Below are positions 26,464 to 35,389 of a stretch of 40,458 nt of DNA, piece after piece. The first letter of the stretch is position 1, and every line of letters begins with the position of its first letter. A program made the translations under genes and the position numbers. The stretch comes from Candidatus Daviesbacteria bacterium (lineage in GTDB: Bacteria > Patescibacteriota > Microgenomatia > Daviesbacterales > UBA10151): positions 1 to 40,458 of the forward strand of contig JACPEZ010000031.1 of assembly GCA_016183225.1 (NCBI GenBank), written 5' to 3'. Below the pieces are notes generated by a model, which saw nothing but the letters and a program-made list of their open reading frames with translations, ran no database searches and was not told the DNA's origin.

Positions 26464-26666
26464 TTTACAAACTTTCTTTCTATGAATGCAGTAAGCATAA
26501 GAAACACTATACCAAGGATAATATTTTGTGTCAAGAAGCCCATGGTTTTGATACTAAAAATATTGGTAAAATTAGGAGTGATGAGGACAACAGCAAACCA
26601 TGCAGCAGAGAGATTACCTGTAACAGCAGATAGGGCTTTCAGAAATGCGCGTTTCTTTTTAGTCAC
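26460..26666 (-). CDS. 68-aa two-TM protein (module B, large gene)
   Basis: LSAVTGNLS motif, two TMs, basic tail; TGtTAGAAT lies 6 nt upstream of the GTG. Confidence 0.75.
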   Translation of the reverse strand: MTKKKRAFLKALSAVTGNLSAAWFAVVLITPNFTNIFSIKTMGFLTQNIILGIVFLMLTAFIERKFVK

Positions 26667-26680
26667 AAATATATTCTAAC

Positions 26681-27889
26681 ATGAAATATTCTTTAACTTT
26701 CCCTAAAACATTAAAAAAGGCTCCGAGCGGAGCGCAGTCGCTAAATCATCAGTTGCTTACAAAAGCCGGTTTTATCCATCAGGAAATGGCCGGAGTTTAT
26801 ACATATTTGCCTTTGGGATGGAAAGTGTTGGATAAAATTTCCGATATTGTCCGCGAGGAAATGAATTCTATCGGCGGACAGGAATTAGTTATGCCTGCTC
26901 TTCATCCCGGAGAACCATGGAAAAAAACCGGTCGGTTCAACTCATTTGATGTGTTATTTAAACTAAAAGGTGCAGCCGGAGCAGATCTAGTTTTGGGTCC
27001 CACCCACGAAGAGATAATCTATCCGCTCCTTTCCGAATACATTCAATCATATAAAGATTTACCGCTGTATCTTTATCAAATTCAGATGAAATTTAGAAAT
27101 GAACCGCGGGCCAAAGCCGGCATACTGCGAGGCAGAGAATTTTTAATGAAAGATCTGTACAGTTTTCATACCAGCGATGATGATAGGGATGCATATTATC
27201 AAAAGGTTAGAGAAGCTTATTTTAAAATTTTTAAACGGTTAGAATTACCGGTGGTCAAGACTAAAGCCAGCGGAGGCACCTTTTCCGATTTATCAGAAGA
27301 GTTTCAAACCATTACCCCATCGGGAGAGGATATTGTGTTGGTATGCAAGGATTGTGGCAGCGCCACCAATCGGGAAATTACAGAGGATAAAAAGTGCTTG
27401 GATTGCGGGGGCAGTTTAAAAGAAGAAAAGGCCATTGAGGTGGGAAATATTTTTCCTTTAAAGCGGGCATATGCGGAAGTTTTTGATTTGAGTTTTACTG
27501 ACAAGGATGGCCAGAAAAAAATAGTTTCGGCCGGATGTTATGGTTTGGGGATTTCCCGGACCATGGGGGCAATGGTGGAAGTTTTTCATGATGACAAGGG
27601 GATTATTTGGCCGGAGAGTGTAGCACCGTTTCAAGTGCATTTGGTTGGACTTGATGGGTTGGGAGAAAAGGAGTATAAACTGTTTTTGGCGGAAGGAATT
27701 GAGCCACTTTTTGACGATCGTCTAAATTTGTCTGCCGGGGAAAAATTTGCCGATGCTGATTTAATTGGGATTCCCTACAGAGTAGTTGTTTCCAAAAAAA
27801 CCCAAGACAAACTGGAAGTTAAAAAAAGATCTGAAAAGCAAACCCAATTTGTGAGTTTACAATCTCTGCTGGAAATGTTAAAATCCTGA
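26681..27889 (+). CDS. proS: Proline--tRNA ligase, short form without INS editing domain
   Basis: AGVYTYLPLG, GPTHEE, FRNEPR..G.LRGREF.MKD, IEVGNIF, GCYGLGISR, KFADADLIG. Confidence 0.95.
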   Translation: MKYSLTFPKTLKKAPSGAQSLNHQLLTKAGFIHQEMAGVYTYLPLGWKVLDKISDIVREEMNSIGGQELVMPALHPGEPWKKTGRFNSFDVLFKLKGAAGADLVLGPTHEEIIYPLLSEYIQSYKDLPLYLYQIQMKFRNEPRAKAGILRGREFLMKDLYSFHTSDDDRDAYYQKVREAYFKIFKRLELPVVKTKASGGTFSDLSEEFQTITPSGEDIVLVCKDCGSATNREITEDKKCLDCGGSLKEEKAIEVGNIFPLKRAYAEVFDLSFTDKDGQKKIVSAGCYGLGISRTMGAMVEVFHDDKGIIWPESVAPFQVHLVGLDGLGEKEYKLFLAEGIEPLFDDRLNLSAGEKFADADLIGIPYRVVVSKKTQDKLEVKKRSEKQTQFVSLQSLLEMLKS

Positions 27890-27894
27890 AACTT

Positions 27895-28932
27895 ATGATA
27901 ACTAAAAATATTAGCAAGCTGGCAAAATCTTTGGTTGAGGTGACTGTGACTGTTCCCTGGACTGATCTGGAACCCAAATGGAATGAAACTCTGCAAAGAT
28001 TATCTGCTGATGTGGAACTTCCCGGATTTAGAAAAGGGGCGGCACCTGCCAATATGGTGGAGCAAAATCTGGGAACCAAACTTCAGGATGAAGTTTTTAA
28101 AGTTAGCTTCCCAAATTTTTTAATTGAAGCTTTAAAGGGAAGCGATATCATCCCCATTGATTATCCCAAGTACGATTTAATCTCTTTTGTCAAAGGCCAA
28201 AACCTGCAGTTTAGGGCTACCATTACCAACAGGCCGGCTGTGACAGTGGGAAATTATAAAGTTATCAGAGCCACCAGACCGCCCATTAAACCTGTGACCG
28301 AAGAAGAAGTAAATAAAGTTATTGATGATTTATATAAGAGATGGAAGGTAAAACAGCCTGCGCCAACCCAAACCAATACTATTAATTTTCAGTCTAACGG
28401 ACAGACAAGCGGACCTGATGATACTTTCGCCAAAGCTATGGGGGCACTATCCCTCATTGATCTGAAAGACAAAGTCAGAAAAGACCTGGAAGCTAATGTT
28501 ACTTACAACAATGAGCTGGATTATGAAGAGGCCATTTTGCAGGAGGTTGAAAAAATTACCACAGTGGAAATGCCGGATATTTTAATTTCCGATGAGTTAA
28601 ACAGGATGCTGGTTTCCTTGCAGCGGCGGGTGGCTGACATGGGACTATTATTGGAAGATTATTTGAAATCCCAGGGAAAAACTCTGGAGCAATTGAAAAG
28701 AGAATGGATCCCCCAGGCCGAGCGAAATGTCCGGATGGAGCTGGGCCTTGCCGAAATTGCCAGACAGGAGAATGTTTCTATCACGGATCAGGAGCTGCAG
28801 GCGGAAATTGATAAAATTCAAGATGCCCGGATCAAGCAGCAGTTTAGCGCCCAGGAACCACGGCTGCAACTTCGTCACTCCTTAAGGCAGGTGAAAACTC
28901 TGGATCTTCTGAAAAAACTGGTGGGCAGTTAA
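27895..28932 (+). CDS. tig: Trigger factor lacking the FKBP domain
   Basis: LPGFRKGAAP ribosome-binding signature; DDTFAK; C-terminal SurA-like domain. Confidence 0.88.
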   Translation: MITKNISKLAKSLVEVTVTVPWTDLEPKWNETLQRLSADVELPGFRKGAAPANMVEQNLGTKLQDEVFKVSFPNFLIEALKGSDIIPIDYPKYDLISFVKGQNLQFRATITNRPAVTVGNYKVIRATRPPIKPVTEEEVNKVIDDLYKRWKVKQPAPTQTNTINFQSNGQTSGPDDTFAKAMGALSLIDLKDKVRKDLEANVTYNNELDYEEAILQEVEKITTVEMPDILISDELNRMLVSLQRRVADMGLLLEDYLKSQGKTLEQLKREWIPQAERNVRMELGLAEIARQENVSITDQELQAEIDKIQDARIKQQFSAQEPRLQLRHSLRQVKTLDLLKKLVGS

Positions 28933-29265
28933 ATGGAAGAATGCATCTTTTGCAAAATCATCAATAAAGAAATACCTAAAGAGTTTAGGTTTGAATCTGA
29001 TACTCTGGTTGCTTTTGATGATATTAGCCCTTCAGCAGATGTCCATATTTTGATTGTTCCCAGGGTTCACATCGAGAAAATGCTGGATTTAAATAAAAAC
29101 CACAGCAATTTACTTGTCCAAATTTTTGAGGTGGTAAATCGACTGGTTCAAGAAAATAATTTGAGCGGTGATTCTTATCGGCTGGTGGTCAATGGGGGCA
29201 GGGCTCAACACGTACCCCATTTACATTTTCATCTGTTAGGCGGACAATGGAAGAAGATGGTTTAA
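28933..29265 (+). CDS. HIT-family nucleotide-binding protein
   Basis: CIFCKI, HILIVP, QHVPHLHFHLLGG. Confidence 0.95.
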   Translation: MEECIFCKIINKEIPKEFRFESDTLVAFDDISPSADVHILIVPRVHIEKMLDLNKNHSNLLVQIFEVVNRLVQENNLSGDSYRLVVNGGRAQHVPHLHFHLLGGQWKKMV

Positions 29266-29284
29266 AGGAGGTGTATTTTGACTA

Positions 29285-29482
29285 ATGTCAATTATTGTAA
29301 AAGCCGGTCCCGGAGACTCAACAGACTCGGTAATTAGAAAATTCCAAAAACGGGTGGTGGCTGAAGGCCTGGTGCAGGAAATCAGAGAAAGATCTGTTTA
29401 CAGGAAGCCTTCACAACTCCGTCAGGAATACCTGGCGGAAAAACGGCGCAAAATTATGAGGTCTCGAAGGTACAATGGATAA
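29285..29482 (+). CDS. rpsU: 30S ribosomal protein S21
   Basis: DSVIRKFQKRV, YRKPSQLR; SD AAGGAGGT; hit-rpsU-yqeY synteny. Confidence 0.9.
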   Translation: MSIIVKAGPGDSTDSVIRKFQKRVVAEGLVQEIRERSVYRKPSQLRQEYLAEKRRKIMRSRRYNG

Positions 29483-29918
29483 AATAGCCAAGATACGAAA
29501 GGATCTTAAAGAAGCCTTACTTGCACGTGATGAAATCAAAGTTTCTACTTTGAGGTTGCTTCTTTCGGAGATTAAAAATGCGGAGATCTCAAAAGGAGAG
29601 GAACTAAAGTTAGAGGAGATAATATCTATTATTCAGCGGGAAGTAAAGAAAAGGAAAGAAGCGGCAGAGGGTTTTAGATCTGGTAACCGGGAGGATTCCG
29701 CTAAAAAAGAAGAGGCTGAAAGCAAGGTGTTGGAGGATTATTTGCCGGCACAGCTTTCAAATGAGGAATTGACTAAAATAGTGGAGGAAGCTATAAATGA
29801 AGTAGGGGCAAATTCCATGCAGGATATGGGAAAAGTGATGGGGGCGGTAATGGGTAAGGTTCAAGGTAAGGCAGACGGGAATACTGTAAGCCAAATTGTT
29901 AAAGAAAAGTTATTATGA
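29475..29918 (+). CDS. GatB/YqeY-domain protein
   Basis: STLRLL.SEIKNAEI, KKRKEA, YLPAQLS, DMGKVMG, GKADG. Confidence 0.93.
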   Translation: MDKIAKIRKDLKEALLARDEIKVSTLRLLLSEIKNAEISKGEELKLEEIISIIQREVKKRKEAAEGFRSGNREDSAKKEEAESKVLEDYLPAQLSNEELTKIVEEAINEVGANSMQDMGKVMGAVMGKVQGKADGNTVSQIVKEKLL

Positions 29919-30448
29919 TTAATATTATTGTTTCTTCAGATCCAAGATATTTTGTCAATAAAGATGCCATCAGACTGGCTGTCCTTGATGCTTTGCGCAG
30001 ATATCGGATTTCCGGCAGAGTAGAGTTGGGAGTAAGCATTGTGGGCGACCGGAAAATGCACTTGTTTCTTCAGATCCAAGATATTTTGTCAATAAAGATG
30101 CCATCAGACTGGCTGTCCTTGATGCTTTGCGCAGATATCGGATTTCCGGCAGAGTAGAGTTGGGAGTAAGCATTGTGGGCGACCGGAAAATGCACATTCA
30201 GGGGTATTGATTCCACGACGGACATTTTATCGTTTGCTCTGGAAGATCCCAGCCCCGGTAGCTTGCAACATGTTCCCAGAATTGGTTTTGTGGCCTCGCC
30301 GGATCGGGTTTTGCGTTTGGGAGACATTGTGATTTCCTATCCACAGGCAGTGGAGGATGCGTCAGCGGATGGCATTGCGGTTGAAGAGGAAATACGGGCT
30401 TTGGTTGAACACGGCGTCAGCCATTTGCTGGGAGTGCATCACTCATAA
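29915..30448 (+). pseudogene. ybeY: rRNA maturation endoribonuclease YbeY, interrupted (probably an assembly artefact)
   Basis: N-part ...SIVGDRKMH; C-part FRGIDSTTDILSF...LGDIVIS...EHGVSHLLGVHH; broken by a 134-bp duplication. Confidence 0.85.
29928..30195. repeat. Exact 134-bp tandem duplication (29928-30061 = 30062-30195)
   Basis: TTGTTTCTTCAGATCC...CGGAAAATGCAC occurs twice head to tail. Confidence 0.95.
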
Positions 30449-30450
30449 TT

Positions 30451-31956
30451 ATGACTTTTTATTTAAAGTACAGGCCGCAAACACTTGATGAAATAACCGG
30501 TCAGGACGTGGTAAAAAAAGCCTTACAATCTTCTTTTCAAGATCACAAACTTTCCCATGCTTATCTTTTTGCCGGACCGCGGGGTTCCGGTAAGACTTCA
30601 ACCGCCCGGATTTTAGCCAAAATGGTTAATTGCGAGAGTCAAGAGTCAAGAGTCAAGAGTCAAGAGTCAAGAGATTATCCGTGTAACAAATGCTCAACCT
30701 GCATTTCCATCACCGACGGTTCAAATTTGGATTTAATAGAAATTGACGCGGCTTCCAACAGAGGCATAGAAGACATCAGATCTTTGAGGGAAAAAATAAA
30801 ACTGGCTCCCACATCCGGCAAAAAGAAAGTCTACATTATTGATGAGGTTCATATGTTGACCACGGATGCTTTTAATGCTCTGCTTAAAACTTTGGAAGAA
30901 CCCCCCGGCCATGCCCTGTTTGTTTTAGCTACCACCGAACCGGGTAAAATTCCCTCCACCATTTTGTCCCGGGTACAAAAACTGGATTTTAAAATGGCTA
31001 CCATAGAGCAGCTTCTGCAAGTCCTCGAAAAAATCTCCCAAAAAGAAAAAATTGACATTGACCGGGAAGCTCTTCAGATTTTGGCCAAAAAAGCCGAAGG
31101 ATCTTTCAGAGACGGGGTCAAACTCCTGGATCAATTAAGCAGTTTCAAGGGAAAAATTACAGTTAAATCTTTGAAAGAAACTTTGAAAGCCACGCAATTT
31201 GATGATACAAAAGTCTTTTTACAAATATTGGCCGGTCGCAGTGCCAAAGACAGTTTATTGCATTTATCAAAACAGATGGAGTATGGTCTGGATGTTAAGG
31301 AGTTACTGCTTTCTTTGATGGAGGTTTTGAGAAATCTGCTTTTGATTAAAAATGAGCTGGGAGATCAGCTGGTAAAACCCAATTTGACAGACGATCAATA
31401 TGAGGAGTTGCTAAAACTTGCCGACAGTTTCTCTCATCAGGATCTGGTTTCCGATTTGGATATTTTGCAAAAAGCGCTTGAGCAATTAAAATTTGCCGTT
31501 ATTACCTCATTGCCTTTGGAGTTGGCAATAGTGGATATATGCGGTCCGCAGGAGAAGATAGTGAAGGATGAGCCAAAAAAAACTGTTGAGATTTTAAATA
31601 ATTCTCCGGATATTGCCAAACTTCAGGAAAAATGGACTTTTGTTTTGGAAACCATCAGGCCGTATAATTTTTCTCTGGAAGCGTTGCTTCGCTCCAGCAG
31701 TATTTTTTCCTGCAGCGATTCCGAGGTGGTTATGGAGGTGCCCTATTCTTTTCATCAGCGGATTTTGGAAGCCCCCAAAAACCGCGATCTTCTGGAATCG
31801 GTTTTTTCCGACGTGTTGGGAAGACAGATAAGAGTTACCACTATTTTGGGAAACAGGCCGGCCAGAAAAGAAGATGTGGCCAATATTGAAGTGGCGGCAG
31901 ATGATGAGATTATCAGAGTGGCCTCCGAAATCTTCAATTCAGATACTGTTAATTAG
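30451..31956 (+). CDS. dnaX: DNA polymerase III subunit gamma/tau
   Basis: KYRPQT, HAYLFAGPRGSGKTS, EIDAASNRG, IIDEVHML, NALLKTLEEPP. Confidence 0.97.
   Translation: MTFYLKYRPQTLDEITGQDVVKKALQSSFQDHKLSHAYLFAGPRGSGKTSTARILAKMVNCESQESRVKSQESRDYPCNKCSTCISITDGSNLDLIEIDAASNRGIEDIRSLREKIKLAPTSGKKKVYIIDEVHMLTTDAFNALLKTLEEPPGHALFVLATTEPGKIPSTILSRVQKLDFKMATIEQLLQVLEKISQKEKIDIDREALQILAKKAEGSFRDGVKLLDQLSSFKGKITVKSLKETLKATQFDDTKVFLQILAGRSAKDSLLHLSKQMEYGLDVKELLLSLMEVLRNLLLIKNELGDQLVKPNLTDDQYEELLKLADSFSHQDLVSDLDILQKALEQLKFAVITSLPLELAIVDICGPQEKIVKDEPKKTVEILNNSPDIAKLQEKWTFVLETIRPYNFSLEALLRSSSIFSCSDSEVVMEVPYSFHQRILEAPKNRDLLESVFSDVLGRQIRVTTILGNRPARKEDVANIEVAADDEIIRVASEIFNSDTVN
30634..30673 (+). repeat. (AAGAGTC) x ~5.5 heptamer repeat inside dnaX
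   Basis: Encodes ESQESRVKSQESR between the first and second Cys of the zinc module. Confidence 0.9.
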
Positions 31957-31998
31957 GACTTGCCACGCAGGAAGTTATGTTATAATCCTTGCATTCTT

Positions 31999-33288
31999 AT
32001 GGCATCAAAAGTTTTTAAGTTAATTGCAGAGGAAGCCCACCGCCAAAAATACGGCTTGGAAATGATCCCGTCGGAAAACTATGTTTCTTCAGATGTTCTC
32101 AAGGCTTTAGGTTCTATTTTAACCAATAAATACTCGGAAGGTTTTCCTGGCAGAAGATATTATGGCGGTAACGAAGTCATTGATAAAATAGAAAACTATG
32201 CTATTGATTTGGCAAAGAAACTATTTGGAGTACCTGTAGCTTTAGTACAACCTTATTCCGGATCTCCTGCAAATTTAATTATCACAATGGCTGTTTGTCA
32301 GCCGGGTGATACGGTAATGGGGTTATCCTTAATATCAGGAGGACATTTAACTCATGGAGCAAATTTAAGTTTTTCCAGCATTTTCTATAAAGCAGTTCAG
32401 TATAATGTTGGTAAAGATTGGAAAATAGATTTTGAAGAACTGGAATCGTTGGCTAAAAAACATAAACCAAAATTAATCTGGGTTGGGACTACAGCTTATC
32501 CTTTTAAGCTGGATTATAAAAAGTTTAGAAAAATTGCAGATATGGTCGGCGCATATTTAGTGGCAGATTGTTCGCACATTACGGGATTAATAATAGGTGG
32601 CGTTCATGAATCTCCGGTTCCTGATGTTGATATAATCATGACAACATCACATAAAACTTTAAGAGGGCCAAGGGGTGCAATTATTTTAATAACGGATAGA
32701 GGATTAAAAAAGGATCCGGAAATTAAATCAAAATTAGAAAGAGCATTGATTCCCGGTACTCAAGGAGGTCCGCATAATCACCAGACAGCCGCAATTGCAG
32801 TATCCTTGGAAGAAGCGCTAAAACCTTCATTTAAAAAATACGCCGTACAAATTGCAAAAAACGCCAAAGTTTTGGCCGAACAATTGGGGACTGTTTCGGA
32901 AACTCATCTAATACTTTTAAGTCTTACTGATTACGGATATGGAATGGGATACCAGGCGCAATACGCTTTGGAAGAAGCAGGGATTACAGTAAATAAAAAT
33001 ACCATTCCGGGAGAACCGGCATCTGCTTTTTATCCTTCAGGGATAAGGTTGGGAACACCTGCTCTAACTTCGAGGGGAATGAAAGAGAAAGATATGGTCA
33101 AAATTGCGGGCTGGATCAAAAGAGTGTTAGAAGAAATTAGAGGATTAGATTTACCAAAGCAGCAGGAAAAAAGAAAAGATTTCTTAAGAGAGACAAAGAT
33201 TAAACTTAAAGAAAATAAGAACTTAAAAAAAATTAGAAAAGAAGTAGAAAGCTTTGCTGGAAAATTCCCCGTACACAGTATACAATGA
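31999..33288 (+). CDS. glyA: Serine hydroxymethyltransferase
   Basis: IPSENY, NKYSEGFPGRRYYGG, GGHLTHG, TTSHKTLRGPRG, SGIRLGT; ATG 31999 follows TGtTATAAT. Confidence 0.97.
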   Translation: MASKVFKLIAEEAHRQKYGLEMIPSENYVSSDVLKALGSILTNKYSEGFPGRRYYGGNEVIDKIENYAIDLAKKLFGVPVALVQPYSGSPANLIITMAVCQPGDTVMGLSLISGGHLTHGANLSFSSIFYKAVQYNVGKDWKIDFEELESLAKKHKPKLIWVGTTAYPFKLDYKKFRKIADMVGAYLVADCSHITGLIIGGVHESPVPDVDIIMTTSHKTLRGPRGAIILITDRGLKKDPEIKSKLERALIPGTQGGPHNHQTAAIAVSLEEALKPSFKKYAVQIAKNAKVLAEQLGTVSETHLILLSLTDYGYGMGYQAQYALEEAGITVNKNTIPGEPASAFYPSGIRLGTPALTSRGMKEKDMVKIAGWIKRVLEEIRGLDLPKQQEKRKDFLRETKIKLKENKNLKKIRKEVESFAGKFPVHSIQ

Positions 33289-33292
33289 CTTC

Positions 33293-34123
33293 ATGAAAGT
33301 TTCCGGTAAAGAAGTTGCCGAAGCAATTTGCAAAAAATTAGAGAAAGAGATAAAGAGCAAAAATTTAAAACCCTCCCTTGCAATAATTCTGGCAGGAGAT
33401 AATCCGGCTTCCAGAATTTATGTTAAAAATAAAATAAAGAAAGCTTTAGAAATCGGCATTGATGCCAAACTTTTTAAATTTTCCCAAAACCAATTTAACC
33501 AATGTTTACAAACTATCAAAAAATTAAATGCCGATAAAAAAACTCATGGAATAATTGTCCAGTATCCGGTGTTTGATGGTTGGAATTTTGATAATTTAAT
33601 TTTAAATATTGATCCTCGAAAAGATGTGGATGGGTTTTCCCCGGAATCTCCTTTTATGGGAGCCACTGCCCTGGCAGTTTGGGAAATGCTGACGGCTTTT
33701 GCCAAAAAAGAAGGTTTTTCCAAAACTGAAAACTTTTTGAAGAATAAAAAAATTGTTGTTTTGGGTAAGGGTAAAACAGCAGGAAGGCCAACAGGGGATT
33801 TATTAAAAAAGAAAGGAATTAATTTTAGTTTGATAGATTCGAAGACCGAAAATCCAAATGAAATTATAAAAAATGCTGATGTAGTAATTTCCGCCACAGG
33901 CGTTAAGCACATGATTAACGGCAAAAATATTAGAAAGGGGAGTTTTGTAATTGGGGTAGGGATGGGTAAAGATGAAGGCAAGATTTATGGAGATATAGAT
34001 GAAGAGGAAATTGCAAAAATTGCCAAATTATATTGCCCGACCATTGGAGGGATAGGGCCTTTGACAATTGCCTGTTTACTTCGCAATGTGGTAGAATCTT
34101 GCAAACATGGGACTTTTCGATAA
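33293..34123 (+). CDS. folD: Methylenetetrahydrofolate dehydrogenase/cyclohydrolase
   Basis: ASRIYVKNK, GIIVQYP, KDVDG, GGIGPLTIACL. Confidence 0.93.
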   Translation: MKVSGKEVAEAICKKLEKEIKSKNLKPSLAIILAGDNPASRIYVKNKIKKALEIGIDAKLFKFSQNQFNQCLQTIKKLNADKKTHGIIVQYPVFDGWNFDNLILNIDPRKDVDGFSPESPFMGATALAVWEMLTAFAKKEGFSKTENFLKNKKIVVLGKGKTAGRPTGDLLKKKGINFSLIDSKTENPNEIIKNADVVISATGVKHMINGKNIRKGSFVIGVGMGKDEGKIYGDIDEEEIAKIAKLYCPTIGGIGPLTIACLLRNVVESCKHGTFR

Positions 34124-34382
34124 TCTAAAACAACTTGGGGATCTGAAGAAAATGCGGGATCAGGCCATGGAAGTGCAAAAACGCCTGGCTTTAATTAAAA
34201 TTACCATTGAACATAAAGGCATAACTGTGGTGATGACCGGTGACCAGAAAGTGCAATCCATTTCGGGTGATATGGAACCGGGCAAAGTGACCGAAGCGGT
34301 TAATGAAGCATTAAAGCAATCCCAAAAAGTGGCAGCTGATGAAATGAAAGGCCTGATGGGCGGTATGGGAATGCCCGGATAA
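34107..34382 (+). CDS. ybaB: YbaB/EbfC nucleoid-associated protein
   Basis: A.EVQK.L, VVMTGDQKV, AVNEALK; directly upstream of recR. Confidence 0.85.
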   Translation: MGLFDNLKQLGDLKKMRDQAMEVQKRLALIKITIEHKGITVVMTGDQKVQSISGDMEPGKVTEAVNEALKQSQKVAADEMKGLMGGMGMPG

Positions 34383-34975
34383 TGCAAGTCCCAAAAAGTA
34401 TACAAAATTTAATTGAGGCATTTGAGAGGCTGCCAGGGATTGGGCCAAAAACCGCCCAGAGACTCACTTATTATTTACTCCATGCTCCTAAAGAAGAAGC
34501 CCAAAGTTTGGCTGATGCCGCAGTCGGCATGAAAGAAAAAACCAAAATTTGTTCTGTTTGTTTTAATATCGGGGAAGAAGATCTCTGCCAAATTTGCTCC
34601 GACCCAAATCGTGATACATCAATCATTGCCATTGTGGAAGATCCTTTGGATGTTTTGGCTTTGGAAAAATCAAACTACAAAGGGTTGTATCATGTTTTGC
34701 ACGGAGTGATTTCCCCTTTGGAAAATATTGGGCCGGATGAAATTCATATTAGAGAATTACTTCCCCGGTTAAAAGACGGGAAAACAAAAGAGATTATTCT
34801 GGCAACTAATCCGACTATGGAAGGTGAGGCCACTGCCATGTATATTCAAAGATTAATTTCTCCGCTGGGCGTAAAAATTACCAGAATTGCCCGCGGTCTG
34901 CCGGTTGGGTCTGATTTGGAATATGCCGATGAGACAACTCTATCGCGGGCTCTGGAAGGACGCAAAGAATACTAG
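34382..34975 (+). CDS. recR: Recombination protein RecR
   Basis: LPGIGPKTAQRL, C4 zinc finger, YHVLHG, ATNPTMEGEATA. Confidence 0.97.
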   Translation: MQVPKSIQNLIEAFERLPGIGPKTAQRLTYYLLHAPKEEAQSLADAAVGMKEKTKICSVCFNIGEEDLCQICSDPNRDTSIIAIVEDPLDVLALEKSNYKGLYHVLHGVISPLENIGPDEIHIRELLPRLKDGKTKEIILATNPTMEGEATAMYIQRLISPLGVKITRIARGLPVGSDLEYADETTLSRALEGRKEY

Positions 34976-34987
34976 TATACTGTATTC

Positions 34988-35389
34988 ATGGCTAATAGCG
35001 TAAATGTGATTGGACAATTTAAAGATGAAGTAGAGCAAACGTCAGGTGAAGTTGTTCAAGATGTAAAAGATCAAGTGGGAGAAGCCATAGAACAAGGAGT
35101 TCAATCTGTAGTAGGGTCTCAACTTACTCCGCAACAGCTGCAAGAGCAAGAAATCCAAAGACAAAAACAGCTGTCTTATACCAGAAAATGGCTGGGGGAT
35201 CTGCAAAGAGCGCAGGAAAAAGTCAGAGCGGAGACTAAACAGAAAGAACAGCAAAGATTGCAAGCGCAAAAAGAAGAGAAACAGGTTTCCGAAATGAAAA
35301 AAGAAGAGAAGAAAAAAAAGCAAATTCCGGATGAAGTTAGAGCGCGGGCTATGGCAGAAACAAAAGTAGGAAGGGGTGTTGGAGGATGA
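34988..35389 (+). CDS. Hypothetical Q/E/K-rich coiled-coil protein ending [10 protein letters not shown]
   Basis: ORF with a TATACT -10 box 6 nt upstream; ATGA-coupled to cysS. Confidence 0.75.
   Translation: MANSVNVIGQFKDEVEQTSGEVVQDVKDQVGEAIEQGVQSVVGSQLTPQQLQEQEIQRQKQLSYTRKWLGDLQRAQEKVRAETKQKEQQRLQAQKEEKQVSEMKKEEKKKKQIPDEVRARAMAETKVGRGVGG

Noticed and set aside
26422-26679. 85-aa plus-strand ORF before proS
   Set aside because: Shadow of the minus-strand two-TM gene, which has a promoter, a coupled partner and paralogs
29928-30195. Programmed frameshift or DGR-like repeat pair in ybeY
   Set aside because: The copies are identical and sequence is missing at the junction; an assembly error explains it better
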